A stretch of DNA of 63,980 bases, counting the filler, from Octopus bimaculoides (lineage: Eukaryota), in the NCBI RefSeq assembly GCF_001194135.2. It is 4 parts of 4 records of this genome, joined end to end, with 100 filler letters (N's around TTAATTAATTAA, not from the genome) between each part and the next. Parts side by side here need not be neighbours in the genome. Positions count along the whole stretch, not along the records: positions 46,102 to 62,869 come from NC_068999.1; positions 62,970 to 63,980 come from NC_068997.1; 2 more parts are not named here. One strand, given 5' to 3'. Below the pieces are notes generated by a model, which did not search any database, was not told the origin of the DNA, and saw nothing but the letters and a program-made list of their open reading frames with translations. This document shows, piece after piece, positions 62,801 through 63,980 of the stretch. How positions within the stretch are numbered: position 1 is the stretch's first letter; each line of letters begins with the position of its first letter. Both the position numbers and the translations under genes were made by a program.

Positions 62801-63945
62801 TATACACATGTAGATGTAAGTATGTACATATATGTGTGTATACATGTATATATATTCTTTGTATTATTANNNNNNNNNNNNNNNNNNNNNNNNNNNNNNN
62901 NNNNNNNNNNNNNTTAATTAATTAANNNNNNNNNNNNNNNNNNNNNNNNNNNNNNNNNNNNNNNNNNNNTATATATATATATATTTGAACTATTCACATC
63001 AATATAATGATACACACATACATATTATGCATTGAATCTGCTTCTAACACCGACTGGTCTGCTCGCATTAGGATTTAAATGTCCACTGTATAAATTACGA
63101 AACAGGCGTTTTACTTTTTTTCATTGAAAGGTAACGGGAGACACTAATTCTTACTTGGGGGACACAGTGGTTTAGAGTGTTTTATCACTGTGGTCTTTCA
63201 TCTTTGATGCCAAGGTGCTTCTTAACCTACATCCCTATTTAATATAAAATATTATAATATATGCAAACATATATTATTTGGGATAAAAGTTTTCTCCTCA
63301 GAGAGAAAGAGAGGAAAAATTATTCATAATTTCATATGGAACATTGTGAACCAAATCCGACAAAATGATAAATATATATATATGTATTATATATATATAT
63401 ATATTCAGCCAAAAGCAAGAATGAAATAAAACTCTCATGTATATATGACATTTAAGAAAAAGAATTACAAATTGACTGGAGTCTAATATTTGACTTTAAA
63501 AAATACAAACGAATACACATCACCAAAAACTCTGAATTATATTCAAATGAAGATATGAATATGAGTATGATAATTAAGTTGATAAATCATATATGGAAAC
63601 GAATAAATTAAAAAAAAAATTCAATGAAAAAGAACAATGAAAGACAATACAAAAATTTCAATATAAAGATCAATACAGTATATTGATGGAGAACTGAAAC
63701 AGCGACCAATACATCCGGGATACCTATTACATATATTGCAATAAAACCTTGATGGACGAAATGATTTCATATCAATAAATAAATAAACAATTAATTACTG
63801 ATGATCATTGTAATGAAAACATTATTTATATATACAGGTAAACCTACACATACACGTACATACATATGCAGGCACATAAACACACGTATGCATGCATACA
63901 TGTATATATACAATATATATGCAACACAAACCCACATACATACAT

Positions 63946-63980
<35 letters not shown>

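Noticed and set aside
63400-63760. Possible decayed non-LTR retrotransposon coding remnant
   Set aside because: No diagnostic motif could be recovered; multiple stops.

Overview
This is AT-rich eukaryotic DNA, very dense in microsatellites and broken by many N gaps. The SINE, RTE and Penelope repertoire looks like an octopus (coleoid cephalopod) genome; that is my recognition, not a database result. I cannot support any intact host gene, only two weak exon candidates. The window is a nest of decayed mobile elements. It holds four Penelope-like retroelement (PLE) fragments, RTE LINE pieces, three mariner relics and one DD37D (maT) relic. It also holds several Helitron-type elements, one with a Pif1 helicase remnant and two carrying TTAGGG arrays, plus many tRNA-derived and RTE-tailed SINEs. 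The most interesting signal is a set of minimal type I hammerhead ribozyme motifs in PLE-type repeats. The best is a tRNA(Arg)-like-headed, hammerhead-bearing SINE inserted as a head-to-head palindrome inside a 13-bp target-site duplication (54290-54887). Fold-back inverted duplications recur along the window. Three identical 100-nt spacers (44N-TTAATTAATTAA-44N) are artificial scaffold joins.
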